A DNA stretch of 64,000 bases. Source: Heterodontus francisci (taxonomy: Eukaryota). Of this stretch, positions 1-13,444 are shown piece by piece. Position 1 is the stretch's first letter. Each line of letters opens with the position of its first letter. The position numbers and the translations under genes were made by a program. The stretch spans positions 72,624,797 to 72,688,796 of the forward strand of contig NC_090386.1 of the NCBI RefSeq assembly GCF_036365525.1, in the 5' to 3' direction. The notes below the pieces were generated by a model. That model made no database searches. It saw only the letters and a list, made by a program, of their open reading frames with translations, and was not told the DNA's origin.

Positions 1-455
1 TCATTGCAGTGAAAAAGGGACCAATTTTCAAGCCTATCTTTAAAAGTATAACCTCTTATTCCTGGTACCATTTGAGTGATTCTTCACTGCTCACTTTCCA
101 TGGCACAAATATCCTTTGTATAGTGAGATGACCAGAGCTGCTATATTCCAACTTTGGCCAGACCAGAGTCTTAATAAAAATTTAATACGATTTTCTTGCT
201 TGTACTTTCAGTTCCCCGAAGTATAGAACCTAGAAACGCATTTACTTTTTTAAGCCCTTGAAAGATGTACTGCTGCAATTTCAACTTGTGATAAGAATCA
301 GGCAGGAGAGGTCACAACCTCCACACTGCCCCTGCCCCCACCATGTCACCAGCATTCCGCTGAGGGGCTCATTGAGGCCTATTTAAAGCAGGAATGCAGC
401 TGTTAAAGTGAGGTTGCATTAGCTTCATGCTGCAGACACAATTCTGTGGGCAATA

Positions 456-2060
456 ATGTCCCTGAAGCCTGCCCCTAGATATCCTGATTTCACCCTGCAG
501 CCTGGTGGAGGAGGTAGTGAGAGACAGACTGTTCCCCAGCGCCTGCAGGAGAATACTAAGGGCAAATACCTGAGGGTTGGACAGAGGTGGCTGAAAGGGT
601 CACTGCCAGCAGTATTATCCCCAGAACCTGGGCTCGAAGTAAGAAAAGGATCTTATTAAAACAGCAAGGATGAGTACAGCTCTTCATCTCTCTCTCTACA
701 TCTGCGAACACTCCTATCATTCTCAATAATTCCCTCCTTTCCATAACATCCTTCAGCATATAATCACAAGGACATACTATAATACCTCTCTTTCTAATTC
801 TACACACACCTCTTCCTGTGCTATATTCTCACATCCCAGCATTTAGAGGACCAGCAGCAATTTCCAGGGCTGCCTCCTTATTTCACATTCCATACTCTTG
901 GCTTTCTAATCATCACCTTCCCATCCTGATTTCAGCACTCAAGCACATGCACTATCTGTACATCTCCACTTTCCTTTACAGGAACCACTCACTAACTCTC
1001 ATCCTCTCTTTCTGCAGAACAAAACAGCACACGTTTCCAGGGAGAGAACCAAGACAGGAGGAGTATCTGACATCATAGCCTGTCTCCAACTGCAACAAGA
1101 AGCCCTGGGGATTATTGGACCAGATAAAGCCATGAGCATTGGGAAAGGTGAGGTTGGTAGCTTATCTGAGCAGGAAGTCTGCACATTACTTGTAACATTT
1201 CCTTTACTTCAGCAAATATTCAGCTAGCTTCACAACCTCAAGCTGCATTCTGAAGACTGTCACCTGCTAATCTTAGGGCGGCACAGTGGCGCAGTGGTTA
1301 GCACCGCAGCCTCACAGCTCCAGCGACCCGGGTTCAATTCTGGGGGCTGCCTGTGTGGAGTTTGCAAGTTCTCCCTGTGTCTGCGTGGGTTTTCTCCGGG
1401 TGCTCCGGTTTCCTCCCACATGCCAAAGACTTGCAGGTTGGTAAGTAAATTGGCCATTATAAATTGCCCCTAGTATAGGTAGGTGGTAGGGAAATATAGG
1501 GACAGGTGGGGATGTGGTAGGAATATGGAATTAGTGTAGGATTAGTATAAATGGGTGGTTGATGGTCGGCACAGACTCGGTGGGCCGAAGGGCCTGTTTC
1601 AGTGCTGTATCTCTAAACTAAACTAAACTAATCTCCTGCCGCTTAGTTGTTCTTCTCAGCACTTGGACCCTGCAGAAGAACACACCTCAGAGGAGAACAA
1701 TCCTCTTGAGGATGTACCATCATGTGCTTCACCCATTTCATGTACCAGCACAGAGATTGAAACTCCATGTGAGTGAGACAGTAAACTAGAAGTGTCTACA
1801 TTTGATGAAACACTCAACACCAGCGAGAATTGGCAGGAACAGCCCAAGAGACAGCTCTGGAGGATGAAGTCTACTCCCTTTGCCAACCCCTCAACCATTA
1901 CACACCATGGTTCCAGGAAGTCAGCTGAGCTAGTCTACCATGGCGGAAGCTGATGTGTAACAGTCAACAGCCAGGTTTTGTCAGATGAACACTTATGAGT
2001 CACTGGCCAGAAGCATCTCATGGGTCTTATTTGAGCATCAGCAACCTTTCATCAACTTTG
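456..2060 (+). pseudogene. Highly decayed Harbinger-type Myb/SANT-like DNA-binding gene remnant, interrupted by an HE1 SINE
   Basis: Across frameshifts, 470-660 reads PR(Y)PD..LVEEVV..LFP..WTEVAERVTASSIIPRTWARSKKR. This resembles the Myb/SANT exon at 15135-15374. Acceptor-like TTTCTGCAG at ~1010-1018; downstream EDVPS-like segment near 1700. Confidence 0.5.
1274..1627 (+). mobile_element. Full-length HE1-type tRNA-derived V-SINE
   Basis: A box TGGCGCAGTGG, B box GGGTTCAATTC, V-domain GTGTGGAGTTTGCAAGTTCTCCCTGTGTCTGCGTGGGTTT, LINE-like tail with (CTAAA)n. TSD CTAATCT at 1267-1273 and 1628-1634. Confidence 0.9.
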
Positions 2061-3659
2061 CTGAGGCTACTAGGGAAGCACCTCATGGGAGTACTAGACT
2101 TAATAAATCTTCTTACAAGAAAGGCACCATGGGTTGACAATTGAATTCAAGGCAATTATTGTGTTTGGCTTTAAATTCAACTCCTTTATCACCTTTGGTA
2201 GTTTGGTCTGGAAATAGTTAATACATGATTTGCCTAGGCATGTTATCTGAATACTTGCATGATCTCTTTAGGAATTCCAACCTACACACAAATTAAATAA
2301 TGCTTTCATTATTCAAGGTGTAAGATACAATAATGCACAGCTACTGCTGTCCATTAATAGCCAGCTTAATATACAAAATGTGGCTGCCTCAGATTTAAGG
2401 AAATAATATGACTACATTATGAAAGCAGACAAGGTGAGTTTGATATTCTGCTGTAACTGTTTCTCCTCACATCCCAACGTGGCTACGAAGAAATCACACT
2501 GCTTCTAACTTCCATTGAATGATAGTATCACTGTCTATACTCTTGTTCTCTTAGTGGTTATGAACAAGCTGCCCTTGTGATTCAGGTTTGTTTTTGCATT
2601 TCCAGTTTTATTTGTGTTGGCTGGTGTTGCTGCAGGTCAAACAGATATGGTGATTGCAGTAGCTGGCAACACGTTGTGTGCAACATAAGATTGATTGTTA
2701 TTGATTTTATTTCTCTCTGTAGCGCTTGCAGAGTGTGTCTTATTTGCAGCAAATTACCAGAGTGCTTATAAACTGCATGGTGTGCCAATTCCAGGAAATG
2801 TTCTATCGGAATGATCTATTGCTTTGAAACTTTGGAAGTCAGTCTGTTTAATTTATGTAAAAATGTAATGTTATATTTACGCATGCTTAAAATGCCCAGG
2901 GATTTTCCATGACTGACATTTCTAGGTGATAATTATCCTTGTTATTTCCAGTATTGGCAGTGCCTCTACTGACCTTTATCTTCAACATGATCCGTCAAAG
3001 GTTCTAATACCGAAGTGTTGATACTCAACTATGAACCGTGAGTCCGAATGTTACTAATGAACTGTACTAATAACAGATTTGCTTGAATATGATTAACTGC
3101 TTTCAAGTAGATCTCCTCTGGCATTGCTCATCGGTAGTCCAGAAGCTAAGATGCAGATTGAAATGTATACTGTGATCTCACTGCAAACCAAGCACAACAG
3201 TGGTTTACCTATTGTTGTAGTACAGCAAACAGACAAGCAATATATCTGATATAATCATTTGGTGTATTTTCTATCATTAATGTTTTAGAAAAGCCTAGTG
3301 TTAGGAATACCATTACTTGTGGAGGCAGAGGAGAGGAATTAAAATTTAGCAGTCAGCTTAGCCTCGGTAAAAGAAATTGTTTACATTATAGACTCTGCCA
3401 GTCTCACCAGCAGCACTATGCTGTAACAAGTGCCACAGTGATTTGGCTTCCCTATACACTAAATGGACTATCCATGGGAACTGGGAATAATGCTAGAGTG
3501 TGTCACAATTATAAAAATTAGCCTGATCCTGGAAGAACTGTTGGAGTCAAGGTGTAGTGCAATGGGTGGATGCAAAGCTCACTGCCACCGATCCACCAAG
3601 ATTCTCTCAGGTATGGGATTTTGCATGTGTGGAAACCAAGGCTCCATCTGCCTTCTCAG

Positions 3660-3935
3660 GTAGAGATTAAAGATCCCCTGGCACTATTTTGAAGAAGAGC
3701 AAGGGAGTTATCCCTAGGGCATTGGCCAATATTTATCACTCAATCAACATCACAAAAACAGATTATCTCATCTTTATCACACTGCAGTTTGTGGGAGTTT
3801 GCTGTGCGCACATTGGTTGTCGTGGTTCCTGCATTACAACAGTGACTAGACTCCAAAAGTACTTAATTGCTTGTAAAGTGCTTTGGGACATCCTGTGGTT
3901 GTGAAAGGTGCTATATAAATGCAAGTCTTTTTTTT
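3660..3935 (+). mobile_element. Deu-domain SINE (SacSINE1-like), 3' part
   Basis: Matches the minus-strand copy at 55430-55863; ends AAAGGTGCTATATAAATGCAAGTCTTTTTTT. Confidence 0.7.
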
Positions 3936-3939
3936 CACT

Positions 3940-5400
3940 TTCCCGTCGGATCCCCATGTTCCTTGATTCCCTTAGAGTTAAAAAGAAACTATCAATCTCA
4001 GCTTTGCATATACTCAATGACTGAGCAGTCACAGCCCTCTGGACTAGAGAATTCCAAAGACCCACAATGCTCTGAGTGAAGAAATGTCTCCTCATTTCAG
4101 TCCTAAATTATCAACCCCTTATTCTGGGCCTATGCTTCCTAGTTCTAGACTCTCCAGCCAGGTAAACAGCCTCTCAGCATCTACTCTGTCAAGCCCTGTC
4201 AATGAGATCCTTCCTTAGGTATGGAGTCCAAAACTGTGCACAGTACTCCAGGTGTGGTCTCATCAAAGTCCTGAACAATTGCAGCAAGACTTCCTTATTC
4301 TTGTATCCCAACCCCATTACACTAAATGCCAACATACCATTTGCCTTCCTAATTGTTTGCGGTACCTGTGTGTTAACTTTCTGGCCAAATTTTACATTCC
4401 TTCGGGAGTGGGCTAGGAGACGGCAGGGGTGTAAAATCCGGTGGGATGGTGGGGGTACCGTGCCTGTTGCTATTTTACCAGCCATGGGGGAGATGGCAGG
4501 CGACCTGCCTGTCCTTAGGACAATTGAGGTCCTTAAGTGGCCAATTAATGGCCAAATAGACTCTTTCTGCTGCTGCTGGTATTTTACCAGCGGCGATGGG
4601 CACTTCGGCACCTCAGGAAGCCACCTAGTAGTACCTGGCAGCCTCCTGGTGGACCGGGGGGGCCCCTTCTGATCAGGTTCCCCCCAACCCTTGCGGGGGC
4701 CTAGCCGATTGTCCCCATCGAGGCCTAGCCCCATTTACTTTCTCAAAGGCCAACGTCCACGTTCTTCCTCTCACTGGGTGCAGTCCCAGCAGTGGCCACC
4801 ACACCTGGTGGCGCTGCCGGGACTGAAGAGCTGCCAGACCTCTCATTGTCCAGCAGCTCTTGGAGGCAGGATTTCCTGCCTCAGAGGGGTGGAAGGCACA
4901 ACTGCAGGGACTTAAGTACCTGAGCCTTGCAAAATAGCAGTGTGGCTTGCAGGCCTGGCAGAAGTGGACTCGCACTGCCCACCACCCCCCCGCCCCCCAC
5001 CACTCCTTCGTTCCAGCCGGTGGCAGGGCCAGCGCCTCATCATTAAATTTGGCCTCTGTGTTTAATGTACAGGACACCCAAATAGAGCCATTTAGAGTCA
5101 TTTACGACATGGAAGGAGGCCATTCAGCCCATCAAGTCCCTCTAAATACCAATATTTAGTAATATCTCACCATTTACAAATATTCTGTTTTTCTATTCTT
5201 CCCACCAAAGTAAATAACCTCACATTTCCCAACATTATACTCCATCCGCCACCTTCTTGCTCACTCATTTAACCTATCTATATCCCTTTGCAGGCTCATT
5301 GTATCTTGCTGACAGCTTACTTTTCCACTCAGCTTTGTATCATCAGCAAACATAGATACATTACATTCAGTCCTTTCACCTAAGTCATTAATGTTGATCG
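3940..5400 (-). mobile_element. CR1 LINE 3' fragment, interrupted by a MITE
   Basis: ORF pieces KANGMLAF..EVLLQLFRTLMRPHLEYCAQFWTPYLRKD and MRRHFFTQSIVGLWNSL; FADD region near 5340. Confidence 0.85.
4383..5054. mobile_element. Non-autonomous Harbinger-type MITE
   Basis: TIRs GGCCAAATTT at 4383 and AAATTTGGCC ending 5054; 3-bp TSD TCT (4380-4382, 5055-5057). Removing it restores the CR1 sequence TTAACTTTCTGTGTTT. Confidence 0.85.
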
Positions 5401-6132
5401 TATATGATTTAAGAAGGAGGGTTGAAGGGCATCTTAATTACATTTTAAGCACTTTTAGTGTTGCTTTATTTATTGTGAAAGGCTAAGGACTTGATCTGTT
5501 GAAAGCGTCAAACTGTCCTTATAATACTGAGCAGCTGTCATTTTCAAGTGGTTCAGATTGTTAACTGATAAGTACTCAATAAAACAGAACAGGTTTAATA
5601 TTCACAGGCATTTCGACATTACCTCTACTAGTAGCCATAATTTGATTTACTGAAGAACTGCTTAACTGAGGAGTTTAACTTGCAGTCTGAGCACACAAAC
5701 ATGTACACATGATGGTACGATCTCGAAGGCCATATCAGCCTCTCATTGGAACCTTCACTCAGGCGCTGATCATTGTCACCTAAAATACTCTAACAGATTT
5801 CTAGGTGATAAGTGACACATGACAAGCTGCTGAAAGTGCGAGCTGATAATACAGAGAGGGGAGCAGAGCATCTGGGATCTGAATGAACAGGACAAGTAAC
5901 CGTGTACCTCCTCAGCTGATCAGATTGAAAGATTGTGCAAGGATTGAGAAGGAAGTGTAAATCTGAGTGGCTGTATTCAATGTAAAATTAGGTGCAGAAA
6001 AATAAATTAGGAGAGGGAAAGGAAGATTAAATTAAAAGAGAGAGGAAAAAGAAACATAAAGGAAAAGTAGAAAAATATAAAAGTAAAAATTTTAAAAATT
6101 GTAAAAATCTGCAACAGCAATCAATACTGAAG

Positions 6133-7532
6133 TAAAAACCCATGGGATACAGGGGAATATGGCGAGTTGGATCCAAAATTGGCTCAGCGACAAGCAACAA
6201 AGGGTAATGGTCGATGGGTGTTTTTGCGAATGGAAGGCGGTTTCCAGTGGAGTTCTACAGGGCTCACTGTTGGCTCTCTTTCTGTTTGTGGTTATATATT
6301 AATGATTTGGACTTTAATGTGGGAGGCATGATTGGGAAATTTGCAGATGACAAAAATTTGGCCGTGTAGTAGATCGTGAAGAGGATAGCCGTAGACTCCA
6401 GAATGATATTTATTTAATTTTTATTTAGAGACACAGCACTGAAACAGGCCCTTCGGCCCACCGAGTCTGTGCCGACCAACAACCACCCATTTATACTAAC
6501 CCTACAGTAATCCCATATTCCCTACCACCTACCTACACTAGGGGCAATTTACAATGGCCAATTTACCTATCAACCTGCAAGTCTTTGGCTGTGGGAGGAA
6601 ACCGGAGCACCCGGTGAAAACCCACGCGGTCACAGGGAGAACTTGCAAACTCCGCACAGGCAGTACCCAGAATCGATATCAATGGTTTGGTTGAGTGGGC
6701 GGAATAGTGGCAAATGGAATTCAATCCAGAGAAGTGTGAGGTAATGCATTTGGGGAGGGCAAATAAAGCAAGGGAATACAAAATAAACGGGAGGATATTG
6801 AGAGGGGTAGAGGAAGTGAGAGACCTTGGAGTGCATGTCCACAGGTCCCTGAAGGTGGCAGGACAGGTAGATAAAGTGGTGAAGAAGGCATATAGAATGC
6901 TTTCCTTTATTGGCTGAGATATAGAATACAAAAGCAGGGCTGTAATGCTGGAACTGTATAAAATGCTGGTTAGGCCACAACTGGAGTATTGTGCACAGTT
7001 CTGGTCACAACATTTACAGGAAGGACACAATTGCTGTGGAGAGAGTACAGGGGAGATTTACAAGAATGTTGCCAGGGCTGGAAAATTTCAGCTATGAGGA
7101 AAGATTGGATAGGGTAAGGTTGTTTTCCTTAGAACAGAGGAGGCTGAGTGGTGACTTAATTGAGGTGTACAAAATTATGAGGGGCCTAGATAGAGTAGAG
7201 GGGAAGGATCTGTTTCCCCTAGTGGAGAGGTCAATTACCAGGGGGCTCAGATTTAAGGTGATTGGTAGAAGGAAAAGACGGGACATGAGGAAAAACTTCT
7301 TCACCCAGAGGGTGGTGGGTGTCTGGAATTCGCTGCCTGGATCAGTGGTGGAGGCAGAAACTCTCAACTCATTTAAAAGGCATCTGGAACTGCACCCGAA
7401 GTGCTGTAACCCGCAAGGCTACAGACCAGGTGCTGGAAGGTGGGATTAGATTGGGCGGCTAGTTTTTTCAGCCGGCGCAGACATGATGGGCTGAATGGCC
7501 TCTTTCTGTGTTGTAACTTTTCTATGGTTCTG
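6133..7532 (+). mobile_element. 5'-truncated CR1 LINE (RT C-terminus and 3' tail)
   Basis: KFADD at ~6340, MEFNPEKCEVMHLG, VQGRFTRMLPGL, FFTQRVVGVWNSLP, tail TTTCTATGGTTCTG. Confidence 0.9.
6410..6674 (-). mobile_element. 5'-truncated HE1 SINE inserted in CR1
   Basis: Reverse complement of the 1274-1627 element; TSD GATAT (6405-6409, 6675-6679). Confidence 0.9.
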
Positions 7533-7837
7533 TGACTGAGACTCCATACTTGCAATAGTATTTATTAAGGAAGATCTGAGATTGTGTGATGTGCTAGGTA
7601 ATCTCTGATATTAAGTCGTCGGGACACTATAACTGGCCCCAGTATCACTGTGTTGGATAAAAGAAAATCACATTGGGTTCAAGTTCCAGATTGACATTCA
7701 GTTGTTATTGGTGGCAAGTGCAAAAACCAAATTCATTGGCTTTTCAATACTTTTCTTTTTGTAGAAACTTACTGCATGCAAATTGGCTGCCACGTTCATC
7801 TACATAACAACTGTTGCTTCACTTCAAAGTAGTTATT

Positions 7838-8385
7838 GGCTGAATTTTACGAGCATGCCGCATTTCACGACAGCACGCTCTCATCTTGGCGGTCCGCTCA
7901 CGTGGATGCGCCGTCGCTGAGCCCCCGTGATATTTCGCACAGGGGCTCATTTAAATGGAGGGGACGGAGCGGTCGCCCCCCCCACCCCCCCAATGACGTA
8001 AAGCGGATGGCCGCTCTACCCCCACAATGACGTCCGGTGTCACCGCGCAGGCGCCAGTGCCATTTTTAAAGAGCTTCAAGCCCTTCGATCTCATTTCAAT
8101 AATTAAAGGTGCTGTTTCACCAGAACCTGCTGAACACTTTTATTTCAACTTAGATGCCCCTCTCCCACACCCACCCCCCACACTGAGTCCTCATGTATTG
8201 CAGTGGCATATCCCCCAAAAAAGCACCGCTTGACGGTGGGGCGGGGGCGCCTCATCGAGGCTTCACCGCTGCCGGTAAAATGTGGCAAGTCCTTCTTGCC
8301 ATTGGGGGTCGTTGCAGGACGCTCCCGCAAGTATTTTATGGGCCCCCCCCCCGCCCCCACGACCCCGGACGTCGAGGGTCTGGTA
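7838..8385. mobile_element. Harbinger-type MITE (right TIR lost) inserted into a Deu-SINE tail spanning ~7765-8452
   Basis: Left TIR GGCTGAATTTTA, CpG-rich body, motifs GGCTCATTTAAAT and GCCATTTTTAAAG shared with the 33769 MITE; SINE sequence resumes at ~8386. Confidence 0.7.
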
Positions 8386-10560
8386 TGTGAAACACTTGCA
8401 GATGTTGTGGGCGACATTATAAAGTGCTGTATAAATGTAGGTCTTTTCTTTTTGTGTCGATATCAGGTTTAGGATTCAGGTGTGATGCATGCCATGGTGG
8501 AATAACCTGTGTTGACATTCACTGTTTGGACTTGCACAGGGAAGAGGTGCTTTTACGTTGGTGCTTATTTAGCTTGGATCATGGGAGACCATCATCGGTA
8601 CACTTGCTCCCAGCAATAGCTTTGCTAAATCCTGCTCTTATCCCACAGGCAGTATCCTAAGTTTTTGATTCTGTTGCCATATTAAGGGAGTTGATTTTGA
8701 CAGGGTATATGCAGGGAGTCAACATATGAACAATGCAAAAATGCCTAAGAGAGACCACTTGGGTGAGACATTAGGGGGCTGCAGGTGCGAAGGATTCTTA
8801 CTCTAGCATACGTCTGTGCCTTTGGATAGCAGGGGTGGAAACTGAAAAAGGAAAATATACCCAAAAGTGCACAAAGCGACCTGTTGGTTTACTGAAAAAT
8901 GAAACTCCTGAGTGATAGTGTCTTGTACAAGATGAACTTGTTGAATGGTCTAGTTTTCACTGAGTCTCTGAAGCAGCTTTTAAATCATTGCTTGGGTCAT
9001 GGAGGTGTGAGTTAACCGTGCCACTATTCTGCATTTATCTTTCAATTGTGAGGGCAATCTTCCTTTAGATCAGCCACATTGTGTAGGCATGTCATTTTAT
9101 GTATGCATGGACTGGCAATGACGTCCTGGCCAGTGTGAATACGGAGATATCATAATGTAGTGTTATGACATTATAGAGAAAATGATAGCAGATGTGCATG
9201 TTGAGGTCATAATCTCGTCCCCTGTATAGCTGCTGCCAAGGCAGCATATTTACCTGCCCAGGAAGACCAGCTGCAGTCACAATGATCCAGTAAGAAATGA
9301 GACTTCCTTCTCCATGCTCTTAAAAAAATTGACAATTTTACATTCATATGACTGTCAGGTAACAGGAGGCCTGTGCTGCAACAAGCAATGGCCAAAGATC
9401 AGCATAAAAACTGTTTGAGTCTTTCTGTATATCTTGTTTATGCAGCATATTGAGGTAAACAGTGAAAAATACATTTGTTACACAAACATATTGCTCATTG
9501 TCAGCAGATTTAACATCAAAGCAAACTGCTATGCTGTGGTCACATGACAGTTGGTACTTGCCTGTTGTTATGGTGATGGAGAGCAAGAGATTTGTTCAGC
9601 TGGTGCTGGGGGATGGGGCGTTGAAATGCAATGTTGGTGTCTTAAGCTGCCTTATAAATCTCAGGTGATTCTTTGCAAGACTGTCGCTGCTTGAAAATGG
9701 TATCAGTTCATGGGCAAACTGCCAGCCTAGAGTCTACACCCGCAGCACAAATTGTCCTTAAAATGCAAAGCAATTCACATTCAAATATCTCAATTTTTTT
9801 TTCAAATTCAGATAAAGCTTTGTGCTGAGTCACTCCTGTTTTGATACCCCAAATTATTACTCAGATGTGCGTTAGCACCACTTGCCTGTCCTGTCTCTCT
9901 CATTCTGTGTTTCACCATGGCAACAGATAACTGATGTTGTAAATGTGTTAAGTTAGGATGAAACCTAAGCGCCTTCTCAGTAATAGATGTGCCCATTTAC
10001 CCACCAGTGTGAGGATGTTACCATGGTGATGGAACAAGGATAAGCCATATTCTGGCACATACACAGAAGCAGGTTTACATACCAATCAGCACAACCTTTA
10101 AACACAGATTTTTCTTATGTAAATACAATTAATTACAAACATGTTGCTTGCTTTCTTTCTCATGTTTCTGGTGGGCAGGTCAATTTGATTGAGTCACAAA
10201 ATAATAGCATTTTTTGCTGATTTATGCCTCAAAACATTACTCCACAAAAACTGTGTAAACATATTCTATTAGGATAACTAAATTGGAACATATTTCACTG
10301 AATACAGACTAGATAACCAAATAAAGCATTTGGCACTAATATATAAAATTGTGACAACAATGTGGAATATATGAGACTTTAGGTTTAATAGCTAGTCTTT
10401 TATTTTTAACATGTTTGGTCACTCTGAGCAAACCTTCTGGATTACAGGAAATAGTGTATTTTAATTAGCAAATAAAGAGTATACCCTAACCCAGGGAAAT
10501 GCATTGAAGAATTTAGAGATAAATTTTACAATTTAGTGCTACCTCTGAAAACGTTTATAT

Positions 10561-10719
10561 CTCTTTCTCTTTTGGGCCTCCTTATCTCGAGAGACAATGG
10601 ATACGCGCCTGGAGGTGGTCAGTGGTTTGTGAAGCAGCGCCTGGAGTGGCTATAAAGGCCAATTCTGGAGTGACAGGCTCTTCCACAGGTGCTGCAGAGA
10701 AATTTGTTTGTTGGGGCTG
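10561..10719 (-). mobile_element. Short 3' end of an RTE LINE with a 36-bp TSD
   Basis: Same terminus as the RTE copies at 18452, 25378 and 43435 (IGLYSHSRRCFTNH). Identical flanks TTTACAATTTAGTGCTACCTCTGAAAACGTTTATAT at 10525-10560 and 10720-10755. Confidence 0.9.
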
Positions 10720-12429
10720 TTTACAATTTAGTGCTACCTCTGAAAACGTTTATATGATAGAAATGTATACTGGGATTTTGGGCTCAAAGGCCAGTGGGGC
10801 TGATTTGAATCCACAGTTTTCTGTAATTTTAATAGATGTAAAGTCTTAGGGCCACGAATTTCATGCGCTGACCTTTGCACTCGAATTCCTGATATACCTT
10901 CCTGTTAGCATCAAGGTCGGCAATACGAGTGTTACTTGTAAAAATGTACCTTTGGTGCTTAACTGAACCACAAGCTAAAAGTAAACTGGAAGGAAATATT
11001 GTTTGACAGGAATGCAGGCAAATTTGACACTTTACTGTATTTTCTATTTCCTGGTGCACAGTTTCTGTATTGTTTACCAATGCTTGAAAGAGATGTTTGA
11101 ATTCAACAAAATGCGTTGAACTTCAAAAAGTGTCTCACTGAAAGGACTGTCATTCTGCCCTGGGTTAATAGCTACTTTTACACCAACTTATTTTTTCAGC
11201 CCTGACTGTGAGTTCTGTAATAAAGGTCACGTGGCTGATTCCTGATGAATGAAAGGTTATAGTTACGAAGAGAGATTTGTGAAGTTCGGATTTTTCATGA
11301 CTATAAACAGCTGTATCAAATCTCCTCTTAGCCTTCTCTGCTCTAATGAGAACAACTTTGTGTTCTGGATTAATTTTGTCAGCACCATTTACTATCTTGT
11401 ATGTTTGTATGAGATCATCTCCATTGATCACAACTCCCTCTGACTTGTAGACCACTGTTTTGGTTAGGTTATTCAACATTTGTTGATTGCTGCTCTGCAC
11501 TGGTTAGACATAATTGGGTTGATTTTAGCTCTCACTGCCAAGCAAAAAATTGTCGTTTGGCAGTTGGATGCCAGTCGTACACCCTGCCTGATTTTCATTT
11601 CCACCGAAGTCGATGGAAAAAAAATTAGGCTGCTGGAGGTGGTTGGTGGATTGTGTTGCCACCCTTTTTGAATATGTGTACCGACTTTCAATCTACTGGT
11701 ACCTCTCCATTGCCCATTGATTCTCTCATTATGATTACTAATGCCTCACAAATCTCTTTAATAGTTCCTCTTAACACTTTGGGGATAAATAACATCTAAA
11801 CCTGGGAATTTATTTGATTTACATTTTCCTAATGAAAGCCTCTGTGTCTCTGGGAAATTATGTGATCAAATTTGGGACATATGTTTGAGCTTGGCATCAT
11901 GCAAATCTGGATCAAATTCTTTCTAAAGGCGCTTTTATGCTGACACTTATTGAGGTCAGAATTTGGGAGACCATCATCCATGCACTTGCTCCACTCATTT
12001 ATAATGCTAAATCAAGCTCTCTCACCCTGGTGGTAGACTTGTGAATGGAGTTTTACCCGAGTCTCAAGACATTTTTTATATTGTATGAGCTCCACACTAG
12101 TGTTGCTGGGTTATTCCACATGCAGGTCTGCAGCAACTGGCTGCGGACAAATGCAAAACTGCCAGGACTTGCTAAAGCCAATTGTTGGGAAGAACTGTTT
12201 CAACTAGGGCTTCCAAGCTGTCAATGTTAGCAAGTCCCAGCAGCTTAATAATCGATTTGCAGCTCGCTGTGCATGAACTATGTTTGTGGAAGTTGGCAGC
12301 ATTAAGATATTCAGCTGTCAGTTTTTCCTTTATCCTCTTCTAAAGGGAAGCCAATGTTGAGTTATGCTGCATACTGCAAGTTAAGCTGCAGATCAACCCC
12401 GGAGCAGCCACCACACAATCACAGAGGGC

Positions 12430-13060
12430 CCACCATGCAATCAGTGGCTGTAAAGGTAACCAATGTACTGAATTTCATCGCCACAGGCTCATTTCAAGCT
12501 GCTTTAAGGGATACTTCAGAAAGTTGACCATTCACAGGTGCATGAGTAAACAACTGATGCCACGTTTGCTCAGCATCAGCATGAAACGGCTGTGCAATTC
12601 TTTAGAATGGCAAAGGGGACATAAGTGGAGCCCATGTGGTCATAGGTTCTCCCTTAACCGATTCTGTGTCTTAGATCAATATGAATGGCTACTGCCCCAC
12701 AATGTGCAGCTACTCCGAGAGCACTAACACCGTATCATGTATTTGCATACTCATTTATTTGGGAACTGTTAAGGCAGACCATGATGTTAGCATTGTCCTC
12801 AAATAAAAGATGTATCTAATTGAATCCTGGTTGATAAACCCTGGCTGATGGCACTTGTATCAGTCCCCAGTGGCTCAGTAGAATTACAATGTAGCATGGT
12901 CCATTCTGCCACCAGGCTTCTAATAGAGTAGACACTGGAATGTTAAAGGCTTCAGGTGCCTCAATAAGTCTGATGGTGCACTGCAGTACCATCGTGCATA
13001 AGTGTTAAGACTAGTGGTGGTTTGCAACATGCTGCATAACTTTGCTTTGGAAAAAGGGCT
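12430..13060 (+). pseudogene. Decayed Harbinger (HARBI1-like DDE) transposase remnant
   Basis: SVAVKVTNVLNFIATGSFQAA at ~12440-12500; PWLM, HSATRLLIE, FRCLNKSDGALQY, VVVCNMLHNFAL at 12840-13050. Confidence 0.7.
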
Positions 13061-13444
13061 CCTGAAGTCGGGCACAGAAAAGAAAGGGAGAAATATGACT
13101 AGCGTGAAAAGGTACCATGGAGGACACTCTGTTTGCAGCCAGAGATGTTCATATACAACTCATTGTGGATCCCTTCTGAGAAACTGGAAAAACAGTTCAA
13201 TATGCATTATTCCCCTGCCTGTCTCTGAGAATTTACCATGCCCACAGTCTTGTGTGTTGCCATCAATGTGCACATCTCCTGTTCATCACATATCATTCAG
13301 CTCCTTCCAAACTATCAATGCCTGATGAAGTGACGCTTGATTTGCAGCAATTTACAAAATTGGATTTACTGCCCTTATTAGCTGTGTTCGTTATCATAGC
13401 TTATCACAACCGTATTTCCCCTTGGTTGGCATCCTCCATCTACG

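Noticed and set aside
1274-1345. tRNA gene
   Set aside because: The A/B boxes are the head of an HE1 SINE with body, tail and TSD.
4189-4734. 181-aa and 156-aa ORFs as novel proteins
   Set aside because: Chimeric read-through of a MITE into CR1 sequence.
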